64,000 nt of DNA from Candidatus Hydrogenedentota bacterium. Its GTDB lineage: Bacteria > Hydrogenedentota > Hydrogenedentia > Hydrogenedentales > SLHB01. The translations under genes and the position numbers were made by a program. Each line of letters opens with the position of its first letter. Position 1 is the first letter of the stretch. This document shows, one piece after another, positions 20,201-29,780 of the stretch. The stretch covers positions 1,696,001-1,760,000 of the forward strand of contig CAXXYE010000009.1 in NCBI GenBank assembly GCA_963674865.2. Direction: 5' to 3'. Under the pieces are notes generated by a model that saw only the letters and a program-made list of their open reading frames with translations, did no database searches and had not been told where the DNA came from.

Positions 20201-20646
20201 GTGCCGCCGGCGCACTTATCGTTCATCGAGGGCGTCTTCTTGCGTTTTCCCGTGGCCGGATCCGTGGTGTAGACGATGATCTTGGCGTCCTGCCCGCCCA
20301 GTTCGATCACGCTTTGGGCGTCGGGGTGAAAGCGTTCGACGGCGAGGGCGACGGCGTTGACCTCCTGCACAAACCGCCCGCCAAGCGCGTCGCTGATCAA
20401 TGCGCCCCCCGACCCCGTGACGTAGACGCGCAATGGCCCGCCCTGGGCGCCCCGGCAGGCTGTCTCGATGCGGGCGAGGAAATCAAGCGCCATATCATGC
20501 TGCCGCGCCTCGTGGCGGCGGTAGTCACTCCAAACGATGGCATCGGTTCGCGGATCCACGGCCACCGCCTTGACGGTGGAACTGCCCACGTCGAGGCCTA
20601 CTATCCACCCGTCCCCGGAACGCGCTCTACCAGGAGTCTGCTTCAT
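17209..20646 (-). CDS. CoA-substrate-specific enzyme activase (two BadF/BadG/BcrA/BcrD ATPase domains plus DUF2229-type region)
   Basis: GLDVGSSTVK, ELGGQDAK, MNDKCAGGTG, DAGSTSTK, DVGGQDIK, NTQCSAGNG, SFKCGHD. Confidence 0.9.
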   Translation of the reverse strand: MKQTPGRARSGDGWIVGLDVGSSTVKAVAVDPRTDAIVWSDYRRHEARQHDMALDFLARIETACRGAQGGPLRVYVTGSGGALISDALGGRFVQEVNAVALAVERFHPDAQSVIELGGQDAKIIVYTTDPATGKRKKTPSMNDKCAGGTGSVIDRIAAKLGVPQHRLPLMRYTGVKRHPVAGKCGVFAETDVNSLQKQGVPADELMASLFESIVQQNLSVLTRGHTLRPVVLLLGGPNHFIRGLRECWREHIPRIWAERGVSIPADASVDELIRVPRHAHFFAALGAVEYGKREADNYSSQALFIGAHPLRHRLDALRKARRDTGALPGLVASDAEAAEFEARYAPAAWGPPALRAGQRVEAFVGVDAGSTSTKAVLIDADENVLAKAYRLSNGNPINDTREVLGSLVQQVECQGAQVCVRGAAVTGYAKDMLKDAIGADLALVETVAHAQSGLHDYPEADVICDVGGQDIKVIILNDGTVKDFKLNTQCSAGNGYYLQSTASALGYAVEDYAHAAFSARAMPEFSYGCAVFMQSDVVNFQRQGWRPHEILAGLAAVLPKNIWLYVCKMPNLARLGRTFILQGGTQRNMAAVKAQVDFINSRFHSASERPEIVVHRHCAVAGAIGCAMEVRRRFAGENAATSFIGFDAVENMSYHTTRDEDTRCRLCRNRCLRTFVDVEVLGATRRFIVAPCERGAAQNADAAREVTRKLDAVKAANPSLAETSMREAFKPVDVPMPSSQLKGRRQFFHAGRSRARYDEAMRRRTSLRIGMPRALNMYSLAPFFMGFFQSLGVPADDIVWSEPTSEELFKEGAKWGSIDPCYPCKLAIPHVHNLVYHRHAPGTPLTHIFFPMVESLPRRMSNTLAGRACPASTAAPEAVRAAFRREGDLLAEKGIVFKKTFLSLDRPALCAQQLLADWRDDLRLAEDETSHAVDAGLGALRAFTAARQREASVILRRVESERRVAIVLLGRPYHLDAGVNHGICEAIQKLGYPILTQNSLPTDAETLERLFGPEVAAGLLDDALSVDDVWKNSYCENSSRKLWAAKFVARHPNLAALELSSFKCGHDAPLYATVEEIVESAGAPFFHFRDIDENRPAGSIQVRVETIAYALERYQQRLEETGSGSRCEECPASAECAGGDTGAVA

Positions 20647-20761
20647 GCCGCTCTTAACCTAACGTCACGCGTTATAACCATCATCCCATCCCGGGCCACT
20701 GTCTAGAGAAACAACTAACACCAGCCCGCCCCAAGGTGCGAGAAGACCTCTCCGCCCGGCC

Positions 20762-22577
20762 CTACTCTCGGCTGATCAACGTCCCCGTATCGGCGGAATA
20801 CCTGGCACGTCCCCGGCCCCGCGTATCCCACGGCCCCCACGGATCGTCGACCGCCTTGGCCTGCTTCAGCGCCTCCGCGACCCACCCGCTCACCGTCTCG
20901 ACGGCCTCATCCAAAGGCAGACGCCCCGCCTCATCGGTGTCGCGGCGCTTCCACTCCACCTCACCATTCTTCAGGTGACGCTCGCCGACCGTCACCCTGA
21001 ACGGCGCTCCCAGCAGGTCGGCCTCGGCGAACTGCACGCCCGCCCGCAGATCGCGATCATCATAGATAACCTCGACGCCCCTCTCTTCGAGTCCCGCGTA
21101 CAAGGCGTCGGCGGCCCCCCGCACGCCCGGCGCCTCCCGCTTGATCGCGCACAGATGAACCTGCCACGGCGCCACCGATATAGGCCACTTGGGCCCATGC
21201 TCATCGTGGTGGACCTCCATGATCGAACTCACCAGCCTGCCGATGCCGATGCCATAGCAGCCCATGGCGGGAACACGCGTCGCCCCCGTCTCGTCCGTAA
21301 AGGTCATCTGCATGGCGGACGTGTACTTCTTGCCCAGTTGGAATACGCTCCCGAGCTGGATGCCTCGCCGGACGTGGAGGAGGCCATCGCAAATCGGACA
21401 GCGATCCAAATCCCGTACCTTGGCTAGGTTATGCGTGTTGGCGTTTGGGAGGTCCCGTGCAAGGTTGAAGTTCTTCAGGTGGTGATCTACCTCATTCGCC
21501 CCGCACACCAGGTTGTTCGATGTCGCGACGGATTCGTCCACGAGGATCCTGCACGCCGCGTGGTCGAGTCCTATCGGCGTCGCGAAGCCGGGCACCGCCC
21601 CCGCGCCGCGGATGCGCTCCTCCGAGGCCGGCGCCGGGTGGATCTGGATGAGCCGCGCCAGGCCGACTTCGTTCACTTCGAGGTCGCCGCGAATGAGGAC
21701 GACAACGAGCTTACCGTCCTTATCGCGATCATAGAAACAGACCTTGGCCGTGCGTGAAGGCTCAACGTCGAGGAAGCCTGCCAGTGCATCGATGCTCTTC
21801 GTCCCCGGCGTATGTACCTTTTCGAGAGGCAGCGGGGCCTCCTCATAGGATTCGACGCGGCCTTTGGCTACATCGAGCCCGGCCCCATACGAACACGTAT
21901 CGCACAACGCCACCTGATCTTCCCCCGCGTCCGACAACAAGACAAACTCGTGCGATATCAGGCCCCCCATGATCCCCTCATCCGAGGGCACCGGCGCCAC
22001 GTCTTCGAGTCCAACCCGCGCGAAGACGCGCTGGTAGACTTTGATCCATTCCTCGTAGTACGCGCGCAAGTCGTCCAGCGAAGCGTGAAACGAGTAGGCG
22101 TCATTCATCGTGAACTCGCGCACCCCGCAAGAGGCCTCCACGGGATCTCGGTACATCGCGGAATGTCGTCTGGAACTGATAGATCATGAACGGCAATTGC
22201 TGGTAGCTGCTCACTTCGCCCCGGCACAATTCAACCGCCGCCTCTTCATGCGTCATCGCCAGCACCATGTCGTGCCCGGTGCGATCCGCGAAACTAATCA
22301 ATTCCGGGCCGAGTTCCGCATAGCGGCCCGACGCTTCCCAAAGCTCACGAGGCTGCACCAGCGGCAGGAGAACCTCCTGTCCACCGATGCGCTCCAGTTC
22401 CTCCCGGACGATATCCTTCACCTTGCGGGCCACGCGCCAGCCCGCCGGCAGCAGCGAGTAGATGCCGTTCGCCACTTGGCGGGCGTATCCGCCGCGGAGC
22501 AGAAACGCGTGGCTCGCCAGCGTCGCTTCCGCGGGGTGTTCCTTGTAACGGGTGCCGACAAGTCCGCTCAAACGCAT
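20762..22577 (-). pseudogene. proS: prolyl-tRNA synthetase (prokaryotic type, INS editing domain) with a +1 frameshift in motif 2
   Basis: N-terminal ORF ends ...RSRGGLLR and C-terminal ORF resumes VREFTMNDAYSFH; one extra base in the C4 run at 22123-22126; MGCYGIGIGR motif 3 present. Confidence 0.85.
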
Positions 22578-22712
22578 TAAGATGTACCTCCCTCGAAGCA
22601 AAGAAGTCGTATTGAAGGCCTTGGATGAAACGAAGCAAGTCTACACCTGGCTACACCCGCGCGCAAAGAGATACGGGCGCGGTGTGGCGATTTGGTAAGC
22701 GTATGCACGCCC

Positions 22713-23123
22713 TCAGTCCAGCACACAGTCTCGGCCGGTGATCTGGCAGCTCTTCTCCGTGTACTGATGAAGCTCGATCCGCACGCCGCTGGGATCCGTT
22801 ACCCAGCACTGCCAACTTGCATCACCTCCGAGCGCCTTCGCCGTAGCATCGTATCCATAGGCCGCCAGTTGGCCGCGCGCCTCCTCGATATCCTTCACTT
22901 CCAGGCAGAAGTGGCGGATCGGACATCGCGCGTTCACGTCCACCTCATCCTGCAAGAATACTTCAACGAAGTTGCTCTCCGCCGCCCTCAGGTAGAATCC
23001 CACGACCTCCCCCGCGCGGATGAAGTTGAAAACCTTCTCCAATCCCAGCCCCGAGCAGTAGAATCGCTCCGTCGCGGCCAGGTCCGTCGCCCCAATGCAC
23101 ACGTGCGCCAACGCTTTCAGCAT
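22713..23123 (-). CDS. VOC/glyoxalase family protein
   Basis: AHVCI, FY...LGL, HFCLEV, DPSGVRIE. Confidence 0.88.
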   Translation of the reverse strand: MLKALAHVCIGATDLAATERFYCSGLGLEKVFNFIRAGEVVGFYLRAAESNFVEVFLQDEVDVNARCPIRHFCLEVKDIEEARGQLAAYGYDATAKALGGDASWQCWVTDPSGVRIELHQYTEKSCQITGRDCVLD

Positions 23124-23169
23124 GCCCTTACGCTCCCTTCCCGTTTCAGCGTAGTCGGCCCGAGCCGGC

Positions 23170-24606
23170 TCAATAGGCCGCCGGACACAGGCCGTTCAGG
23201 TACTCCTCCAGGTTCGTGTAGCCGTCCCCGTCGAGGTCGCCGTTGCCGTCGCCCGGGTCGTGCGCGTCAAGCCCTTGCCCTTCCTCCCAAGTGTCCGGCA
23301 TGCCGTCGCCATCCGAGTCCGCGGGGGCCGGAGCCGCCTCCAACTCAGGCCATCCGCCTACTTCCGCCTGTGAATCGATCAGCTTGCCCGTGCGGGCGCG
23401 GATGTCGCGGATGACACGCTCATCGACCGCGTCCCGCACCAACGAAGCCCCTGCCTTGGCCAGAACCAGTTCATAGGTGCCCTGTGCCGACTGCGTGCGC
23501 GGCGCATTCGGGCCGAGTTCATACGGCTTGTCCGCGCGCCAATCGGCGAGGGTGCCCGCGTACTTATACTTTGAGTCCGGCCCGAGCCAACGCTCGAAAT
23601 CCAGCGCGGCGTAATTGTCCTTCGTGAGATCCTCCCGGCCCTCGAATAGGTTGCCGCTCATGTGACCGCGCGCCTTGTCCGGCAGACTGGCCTTCATCGC
23701 GACCGGTTTTCCCGCTACATCCGTCTCAGGCCCCGGGCGGAAGTAGTTGTTGATCATGTTGACCCGGTTGTCGCAGACATTCGCAGCGCCGCGCCAGTTG
23801 TAGATGACGTTATTGCGGAAATCGATGACCCACTCCGGCTCAGGATCACCGCCGCCAATCGTGGGATGTCGGTCGCGGCTGGTAGCGAAGATATTGTGAT
23901 GGATGGTGGTGTTGCTCCGCGGCGCCCGGAAGGAGCCGCACATGGCATGGGGGCCCTTGGGGTGAATGCTGTCATTAAGTGCTTCGCTCATGATGCACCA
24001 TTGCATCGTGTAGTACCTGCAGCCCCGCGTATCCTGGTTGCCGTCAATGCCCCAACTCAGAGAGAGGTGGTCCAGCATGATATGGTCGCAGTCATCGACT
24101 GTGATGACATCCGGGCCGCAGGGCGGCTTGTTCTGATCGCCCAACCGGATGCGCAGATAGCGAATCACGATGTTTGACGCGTTCTTAAGGTGAAGATGAT
24201 GATCCCGCAGCGTGATCCCGTCGCCCGGCGCCGTCTGGCCCGCGATAGTCAGCCTGGACACGCCCTCCAACCGCAGCGGCGATGCCAGCATGATCGTCCC
24301 GGAAACATCGAACACGATGGTTCGCGGCCCCTCCGCCGACGCGATCCCCTCGCGAAGCGAACCTGCCCCCGCGTCATTCAGGTTTGTCACGTGGTACACG
24401 TCGCCCCCGCGGCCCCCCTTCGCGAACCTGCCGTATCCTTCCGCCCCAGGGAATGCCGGGACGGCGTCGCCCTGCTCCGCCCTTGCGGCGACGATGCAAA
24501 TGGCCAAAAGAATTGCCTGAAGAGCGCGTCTACAAAGTGCCGACACAGGCCCACACTCCCTTCTTGCTACCGATGTATTCCTAGGACTATCGGGCGCCGC
24601 CACCAA
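23170..24606 (-). CDS. secreted pectate lyase (PL1-like)
   Basis: AFPGAEGYG, GGRGG, VTNLND.G.GSLR, TIAGQTAPG, DH.S.SW, C-terminal DSDGDGMPD.WE; start approximate. Confidence 0.88.
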   Translation of the reverse strand: MVAAPDSPRNTSVARRECGPVSALCRRALQAILLAICIVAARAEQGDAVPAFPGAEGYGRFAKGGRGGDVYHVTNLNDAGAGSLREGIASAEGPRTIVFDVSGTIMLASPLRLEGVSRLTIAGQTAPGDGITLRDHHLHLKNASNIVIRYLRIRLGDQNKPPCGPDVITVDDCDHIMLDHLSLSWGIDGNQDTRGCRYYTMQWCIMSEALNDSIHPKGPHAMCGSFRAPRSNTTIHHNIFATSRDRHPTIGGGDPEPEWVIDFRNNVIYNWRGAANVCDNRVNMINNYFRPGPETDVAGKPVAMKASLPDKARGHMSGNLFEGREDLTKDNYAALDFERWLGPDSKYKYAGTLADWRADKPYELGPNAPRTQSAQGTYELVLAKAGASLVRDAVDERVIRDIRARTGKLIDSQAEVGGWPELEAAPAPADSDGDGMPDTWEEGQGLDAHDPGDGNGDLDGDGYTNLEEYLNGLCPAAY

Positions 24607-24678
24607 GCCACTTGTCAGTTTATGTCGGGCCCGTTAGAATCGCAAACAGGCTTCACAATCACCGGAAGGGACGGCATC

Positions 24679-25218
24679 ATGTCCAGGAACATCGGCGCGG
24701 GGCGCATCGAAGTTGTGCAAGGGGACATCACCAAAGAGGCGGTTGATGCCATCGTCAACGCGGCCAACAAGTCGCTTCTGGGGGGCGGGGGAGTGGACGG
24801 CGCCATCCACCGGGCCGGCGGCCCGGCGATCCTCGCCGAATGCACGAAGCTCGGCGGCTGCGAAACCGGCGATGCCAAGATCACCACGGGGGGGGACCTC
24901 CCCGCGCGATACGTCATCCACACCGTCGGCCCCGTCTACCGCGACGGCAACCACGGCGAACCGGAGAAACTCGCCGCCTGCCATCGCCGCAGCCTTGAGG
25001 TCGCCCTCGAAAACGGTGTGAAGACTGTCGCTTTCCCAGCTATCAGTTGCGGCGTCTACGGCTATCCCATCCCCGACGCGGCCAAGATTGCCGTCGGCGC
25101 CGTCGCCGAGTTTCTCAAGGCTCACGAAGGCATCGATCTCGTTCGCTTCGTCCTTTTCACTCGCGATGTCTTCGACGATTTCGCAGACGCGCTCGAGTCC
25201 CTGCCAACGGCTGACTGA
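24679..25218 (+). CDS. macrodomain O-acetyl-ADP-ribose deacetylase (YmdB-like)
   Basis: GDIT, AIVNAAN, GGGGVDGAIH, HTVGP, FPAISCGVYGYP. Confidence 0.93.
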   Translation: MSRNIGAGRIEVVQGDITKEAVDAIVNAANKSLLGGGGVDGAIHRAGGPAILAECTKLGGCETGDAKITTGGDLPARYVIHTVGPVYRDGNHGEPEKLAACHRRSLEVALENGVKTVAFPAISCGVYGYPIPDAAKIAVGAVAEFLKAHEGIDLVRFVLFTRDVFDDFADALESLPTAD

Positions 25219-25345
25219 CCCCTCGGCTCACGCACGCCTTGGACGCCGCCTTGTCTCTTCTCCGCCGCCGCCGGTACTCTTTCCTGGTGTCGCCGCCTAC
25301 TTCCCACCACCCGCGCCGTGTTTGGATTTCCAGCTTTAGCCGGCG

Positions 25346-26170
25346 TTAGAAAACGTGTTTCAGGACGAGGTGGATAAGGTTGATGTCCAAGACGAGCTGC
25401 ATCCCGGCGAGGAACGTGAGAACCAGGATCACCCTATTGAACAGGCTTTCGGATACGCGGTGATGCATCCATTTCCCGAGGAAGGAGCCAATGGGCACGA
25501 GCCAGACGAGCGTGAGGTCGAATAGAAGGACGTCGCGCTGGATCAGGCCCACGGAGATGTAGAAGGGCAGCTTGGTGAGGTTGATGAGCGTAAACGTCCA
25601 GGCGACGGTGCCCACGAATAACGTCTTGCCCAAGTCCTGGGCGAAAAGGTAGAGATTGACGATGGGGCCCGCGGCGTGGGCAATCGTGGAAGTGAAACCA
25701 CCGGCGAGGCCCGCCAGGATGGCGGCGCGGGGGCCCGGCTTGACACGCTCGACCCACTGCATGGCGGCCTCTTTCCCCACGATGTACAGGGCGAACAGCA
25801 CGGCGATCACGCCCACAAACCGGCGGATTGGCCCCTCGAACTGCTGCACGCCCTCGCGTCCGACCCACCACCAGACGGCGGCCCCGGCGAGGATGCCTCC
25901 GATGGCCGGGATATAGATCTCGAAGACTTTCCGCCAGACGCAATTGTGCCAGTGGTGGTAGATAGCGTTCATATCGCAAAGGATCAGCAGGGGCAGGAGG
26001 GTGGCCGCGACCTTCGGCACGGGCATCACCAGCATCATCAGCGGCAGCGAGAGTATCCCCGCTCCGCCCGCGAAACCGGACTTGCTGATCCCCTGGATGA
26101 CGATGGCCGCCCCCACGAACAGCCAGAAGACGGACGGCGGGATTCCCTCGCCCATGAATTCGTGAAACAT
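25346..26170 (-). CDS. TauE/SafE family membrane transporter
   Basis: GISKSGFAGG, LLPLL..D, HAAGP, NLTKLPFY; multiple TM helices. Confidence 0.85.
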   Translation of the reverse strand: MFHEFMGEGIPPSVFWLFVGAAIVIQGISKSGFAGGAGILSLPLMMLVMPVPKVAATLLPLLILCDMNAIYHHWHNCVWRKVFEIYIPAIGGILAGAAVWWWVGREGVQQFEGPIRRFVGVIAVLFALYIVGKEAAMQWVERVKPGPRAAILAGLAGGFTSTIAHAAGPIVNLYLFAQDLGKTLFVGTVAWTFTLINLTKLPFYISVGLIQRDVLLFDLTLVWLVPIGSFLGKWMHHRVSESLFNRVILVLTFLAGMQLVLDINLIHLVLKHVF

Positions 26171-26205
26171 CTGCGTCCTTTCAGGAATCTGGTGAGGGAC
26201 CGCGT

Positions 26206-28290
26206 CTACGAAGGCGCGCCCACTTCATCCCGGCGGGACTTCGAGGCGCCGGCTGGGGCGGCTTCTCTCTCGCCCTCGTCCATGAAGGGGAGTTCCTCTT
26301 GGGAGAGCGGCTCCTGCGCTGGCACGGGGAGTTCGCACTTCTCGCCGTCGCAGAACATATCCTGCGCCTCGTCCGTGTTCAGCGTGCTGAAGTCCAGCGC
26401 CTTGAGTCGCGAGGAAGCGTGGACAAACATCTCCTCGGTGATCTCCTGGTACGGCGCTTGGGCGTAGGTGTGATCCTGGAGCGGCAGGAAACTGACGGAC
26501 TTCAGCCGAGTTTCGTACAGCTCGAGGATGCGCGGAATATCGTTTGCCTCCTCAGCCTTGAAGGTGATGGTGGCGCTCACCTGGTTGTCTGCCCAGTAAT
26601 ACTGCATCTGGGCGACATTCTCCACCTGTTCCCATACCGACACGTCCATCTTGCCGCGCTCGAACATGTCGTGTTTCACGGGGAAATACACCACCCAGGT
26701 GTTGTCGCCATACACCGATTCCTCGAGTCGGTATCCCGCCTCGCGCAGCCGCTCCACCAGCGGGCTGGTTTTGTCGATGCGAATCGTCCGGTAGTAGAAC
26801 CTCGCGTGAGGATAGTGAATCCCGGGCGTCACCCCCGGGAGAAGCGATACCGTCCCGCTCGGTTTGACGCTGGTTTTCTTGATGCTCTCGGGGATGCACA
26901 GCCATTGGGCGTACACCTTGTCAAGATGGCAGATGTACTTGTATCCCTTGTCGCACCAGTCGAAATGCTCGCGCCGCCCGTGCTTCTCGAAGGACTCGAC
27001 GATCCCCGACTGCGATAGGCCGATCCGGCGATTGCGCAGCATGATCGCGTTCGTGCGCTCGTTGTGTGTGGGAACCAGCGTTACGGTTTTTGCGTAGAGA
27101 TAGGCGAACTTAAGCGTGCGCTGGTATTGCTCGAAAGAGTCATGAAGCGATGGGAACGTTTCGACGAGGTTGCAGATTTCGTAGGACTCGAGGCTCTGCT
27201 CCGCGCAGGGATTGGTGCCCGCCACCTTGGCGTCGGCCCAGTCGGGGCCGTCCTTGAGACGCCCGTAGGCCTGGGCGTTCTTCAGCCAGAAATAGCCCGG
27301 CTCGCCATTCTTGGCCGTCTGTTGGCCGAGGTCGAGGTAGTCCATTCCCACTTCGGAACTCACGCTGTTGTTCGACGCCCACCGCCATGCGATCACTTTG
27401 TCGCTGTTGAGTTCGGGATCCTTGAGCTTGAGGTATTCCTGATCGGTGGCGTCGCCGAGGGCCAGTTCCGCCGTGCGGCGCACGCCGCCCGATACGACGC
27501 ACTTCCCAATGACGTTCATCAAGTCCGTGATATCCGTCGAAGTCAACGCCTTCCCGGCGCGCCCCCCGAGTATCTCGTCGATATTGCCGATACATTCGAT
27601 GAGGGGTGCGGGGCCGGGCGCGATGCCGCCGAAAGTGCGGATAGGCGAGCCGGCGGGGCGGATCTGGGAGAAGTCGATCTGAGCGGGGCGCTTCCCCCGG
27701 CCTACGTACGCCTCCAGCACGCACCGCACTGCGTCGCACCAGCCTTCCTTCGAGTCGTCAACGACCTGCGTCTCCTCGGCGATCTTCGGCGCCTGAATCG
27801 TCACCTTGCCCGCACCCTTGGTGTCGAACGCCACGCCCACGCCCAGGAGCGACATGTCCATGAGAAAGCAGAAAGGCTCCGCAAAGCTGGTTTCAATCTC
27901 ATCCGTCGAGACAAAGGCGCAGTTATTCAGGGCCGCCGATCCGCGCTCCCAGATGTAGTCCGTACCCATCATCCAGAGCCCGCGGCCGGGAGGGAGGAAC
28001 TTGAAGTCCCAAATGAGGCGGAACATCTCCTGCGCGGAGCGCTGCGCTTTGTGAGGATTCCAGGGCAGTTTGAGGCTCTTGCAGTGGTTCAACTGGATGG
28101 TGTAGCACCCCTCGACCACGCGGCGGACGGTTTCCCAGTACTCCTCGGTGCGTTCGCCCTCCTGCGGCACCACCCGGGCGTACGTGCGCTTGAACGTCAC
28201 GTAACCTAACGGGCCCCATTGAGGCTGCTTCCCGCGAAACTCGGACAGAAACTTCTCTGAGAGTCGGAACCGTTCTCTGACCTCAAACAT
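26206..28290 (-). CDS. nrdJ: class II (adenosylcobalamin-dependent) monomeric ribonucleoside-triphosphate reductase
   Basis: PPGRGLW, LNNCAF, GTNPCAEQ, CNLVE, KPSGTVSLL, C-terminal CDGEKC. Confidence 0.92.
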   Translation of the reverse strand: MFEVRERFRLSEKFLSEFRGKQPQWGPLGYVTFKRTYARVVPQEGERTEEYWETVRRVVEGCYTIQLNHCKSLKLPWNPHKAQRSAQEMFRLIWDFKFLPPGRGLWMMGTDYIWERGSAALNNCAFVSTDEIETSFAEPFCFLMDMSLLGVGVAFDTKGAGKVTIQAPKIAEETQVVDDSKEGWCDAVRCVLEAYVGRGKRPAQIDFSQIRPAGSPIRTFGGIAPGPAPLIECIGNIDEILGGRAGKALTSTDITDLMNVIGKCVVSGGVRRTAELALGDATDQEYLKLKDPELNSDKVIAWRWASNNSVSSEVGMDYLDLGQQTAKNGEPGYFWLKNAQAYGRLKDGPDWADAKVAGTNPCAEQSLESYEICNLVETFPSLHDSFEQYQRTLKFAYLYAKTVTLVPTHNERTNAIMLRNRRIGLSQSGIVESFEKHGRREHFDWCDKGYKYICHLDKVYAQWLCIPESIKKTSVKPSGTVSLLPGVTPGIHYPHARFYYRTIRIDKTSPLVERLREAGYRLEESVYGDNTWVVYFPVKHDMFERGKMDVSVWEQVENVAQMQYYWADNQVSATITFKAEEANDIPRILELYETRLKSVSFLPLQDHTYAQAPYQEITEEMFVHASSRLKALDFSTLNTDEAQDMFCDGEKCELPVPAQEPLSQEELPFMDEGEREAAPAGASKSRRDEVGAPS

Positions 28291-28338
28291 GCGACCCCTC
28301 CTGCACCCCTATGCGCACCGAGTTGTGCTCCCCGGGCC

Positions 28339-29121
28339 TCACACCTTCCGGTGCGGGGTCCTCACCCAAGGCAACCCATCCACCATCTCGACCTCGTAAT
28401 CGCCCAGCAGATTCGGATAACGGGCCTTCACGCAGTCGTATACCATCCCAAAAACGAGCCGGATTTCCTCTTCCGCGGCCGGATCAGTCCGACTTTCGAT
28501 AACATGTCTGAGCGTCCGAAAATTGCACGACCAGCCTACGGTGGTAGCCACGCCGATGGGCGCGAGCCGCCGGAAGGCGGACGTGAGCTTCTTCTTGCGG
28601 GCGAAAGCCTTCTCATCGTCAATCTCGTACAGGCGGGCCAGCTCCTGCTGTAGGGATTCTAGCTGCTCGACGGTTTTCACGAAAACCGCCATGCCTTCCT
28701 CGCTCTCCTCGATGACGGCCGGCACATAAGCCGAAAGGCGATCCAGCCGCACGAACCGGAGCGATTCCTGTGAGATAGCCGTGCCCGCCCGATGGCGAAC
28801 CAATTCGTGCGTCAACACCCGGCTTACATCCGCGAAGATGAAGTTGAGCACCGGGTGCTCTATCACGCTGCCGTGGCCCACCTCGAGCACGTGGCCGAGA
28901 TAGGCCGCGTTGCCCTGGCGTACGCGCGTCACATTCGGATTCAGGCCCGGCTCGAACGACCTGTAGCACAGCCGCCCGAAGACCTCGCACAGCCGTTCGG
29001 CGTCGCTCGGAGCGTCCGTTTCCCAATCCGGCACGCCCACATGCGCCAGATATGCGCGCAGGCCTTCCTCCACCATGCGCGTCTCGGCCACCAAGAACAC
29101 CTTTGGCTGAACCTTCTCCAC
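28339..29121 (-). CDS. thyX: FAD-dependent thymidylate synthase
   Basis: GHGSVIEH, VSRVLTHELVRHR, SQESLRFV, EEEIR. Confidence 0.95.
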   Translation of the reverse strand: MEKVQPKVFLVAETRMVEEGLRAYLAHVGVPDWETDAPSDAERLCEVFGRLCYRSFEPGLNPNVTRVRQGNAAYLGHVLEVGHGSVIEHPVLNFIFADVSRVLTHELVRHRAGTAISQESLRFVRLDRLSAYVPAVIEESEEGMAVFVKTVEQLESLQQELARLYEIDDEKAFARKKKLTSAFRRLAPIGVATTVGWSCNFRTLRHVIESRTDPAAEEEIRLVFGMVYDCVKARYPNLLGDYEVEMVDGLPWVRTPHRKV

Positions 29122-29688
29122 GGCGCCTATCTCCGTCCTCTCTTCAAAAGCAAGCCCTGTGTCATTGTAAATGCTTTGCTAATAAATACTTACGTAGCGC
29201 CTCGGCGTCGATCTCCACGAGTCTCTTGCCGGGGAAACGCATTATAGGAGGGACTCCCGGTTTTGTCCAGCACCATCTGAAGAGGGGGAAAAACGCCGGA
29301 TTTTGGCGTAAAATGCAGGCTAATCAGCAGGAAAGGACGGCTTTGGAGGCTGTTTGCGGCCGCATCTGGTGGCAATGAACCATGCGTGACGCCACCTCCC
29401 AGCCCAAACACGTTCTCGCACCCCTTCGTGTCGTAGCCCAAGACGACAGTCTGGCCCCATCTATCCCTGACGGCGTGTAGCGAGAGGCGCAAGGGACTGA
29501 CGGGAGAGGACGATCTGGGGACGTGGGCCGATCTGGGGACCATGTACCAAGCGCCGTCCCCGGCGCGACTACGTGTCCCCAGGTCGGCCCATTTCGGCAG
29601 TGTACTCGCTTCCAATGACTTGCAGCGCGGCATAATTGGCAATCCGGCCACCGGCTCTTGCGCCGCATGGCGGAATCCCCTACACTCC

Positions 29689-29753
29689 CTAGGGGGGCGG
29701 CCGGAAGGCCGCCGCACCTCGCCAGGAACCGCGCTTTCTGGCCGGACTTCCAG
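29689..29753 (+). mobile_element. 123-bp MITE family, copy D (internally deleted, both ends kept)
   Basis: CTAGGGGGGCGGCCGGAAG...CAGGAACCGCGCTTTCTGGCCGGACTTCCAG, ending 27 bp before the nupC start. Confidence 0.75.
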
Positions 29754-29780
29754 TGGGGACGGGACATCGAGGAGGGCGCC

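Noticed and set aside
28291..28338. NrdR box or cobalamin riboswitch upstream of nrdJ
   Set aside because: Only 48 bp; GCACCGAGTTGTGC lacks the ATAT core and there is no room for a riboswitch
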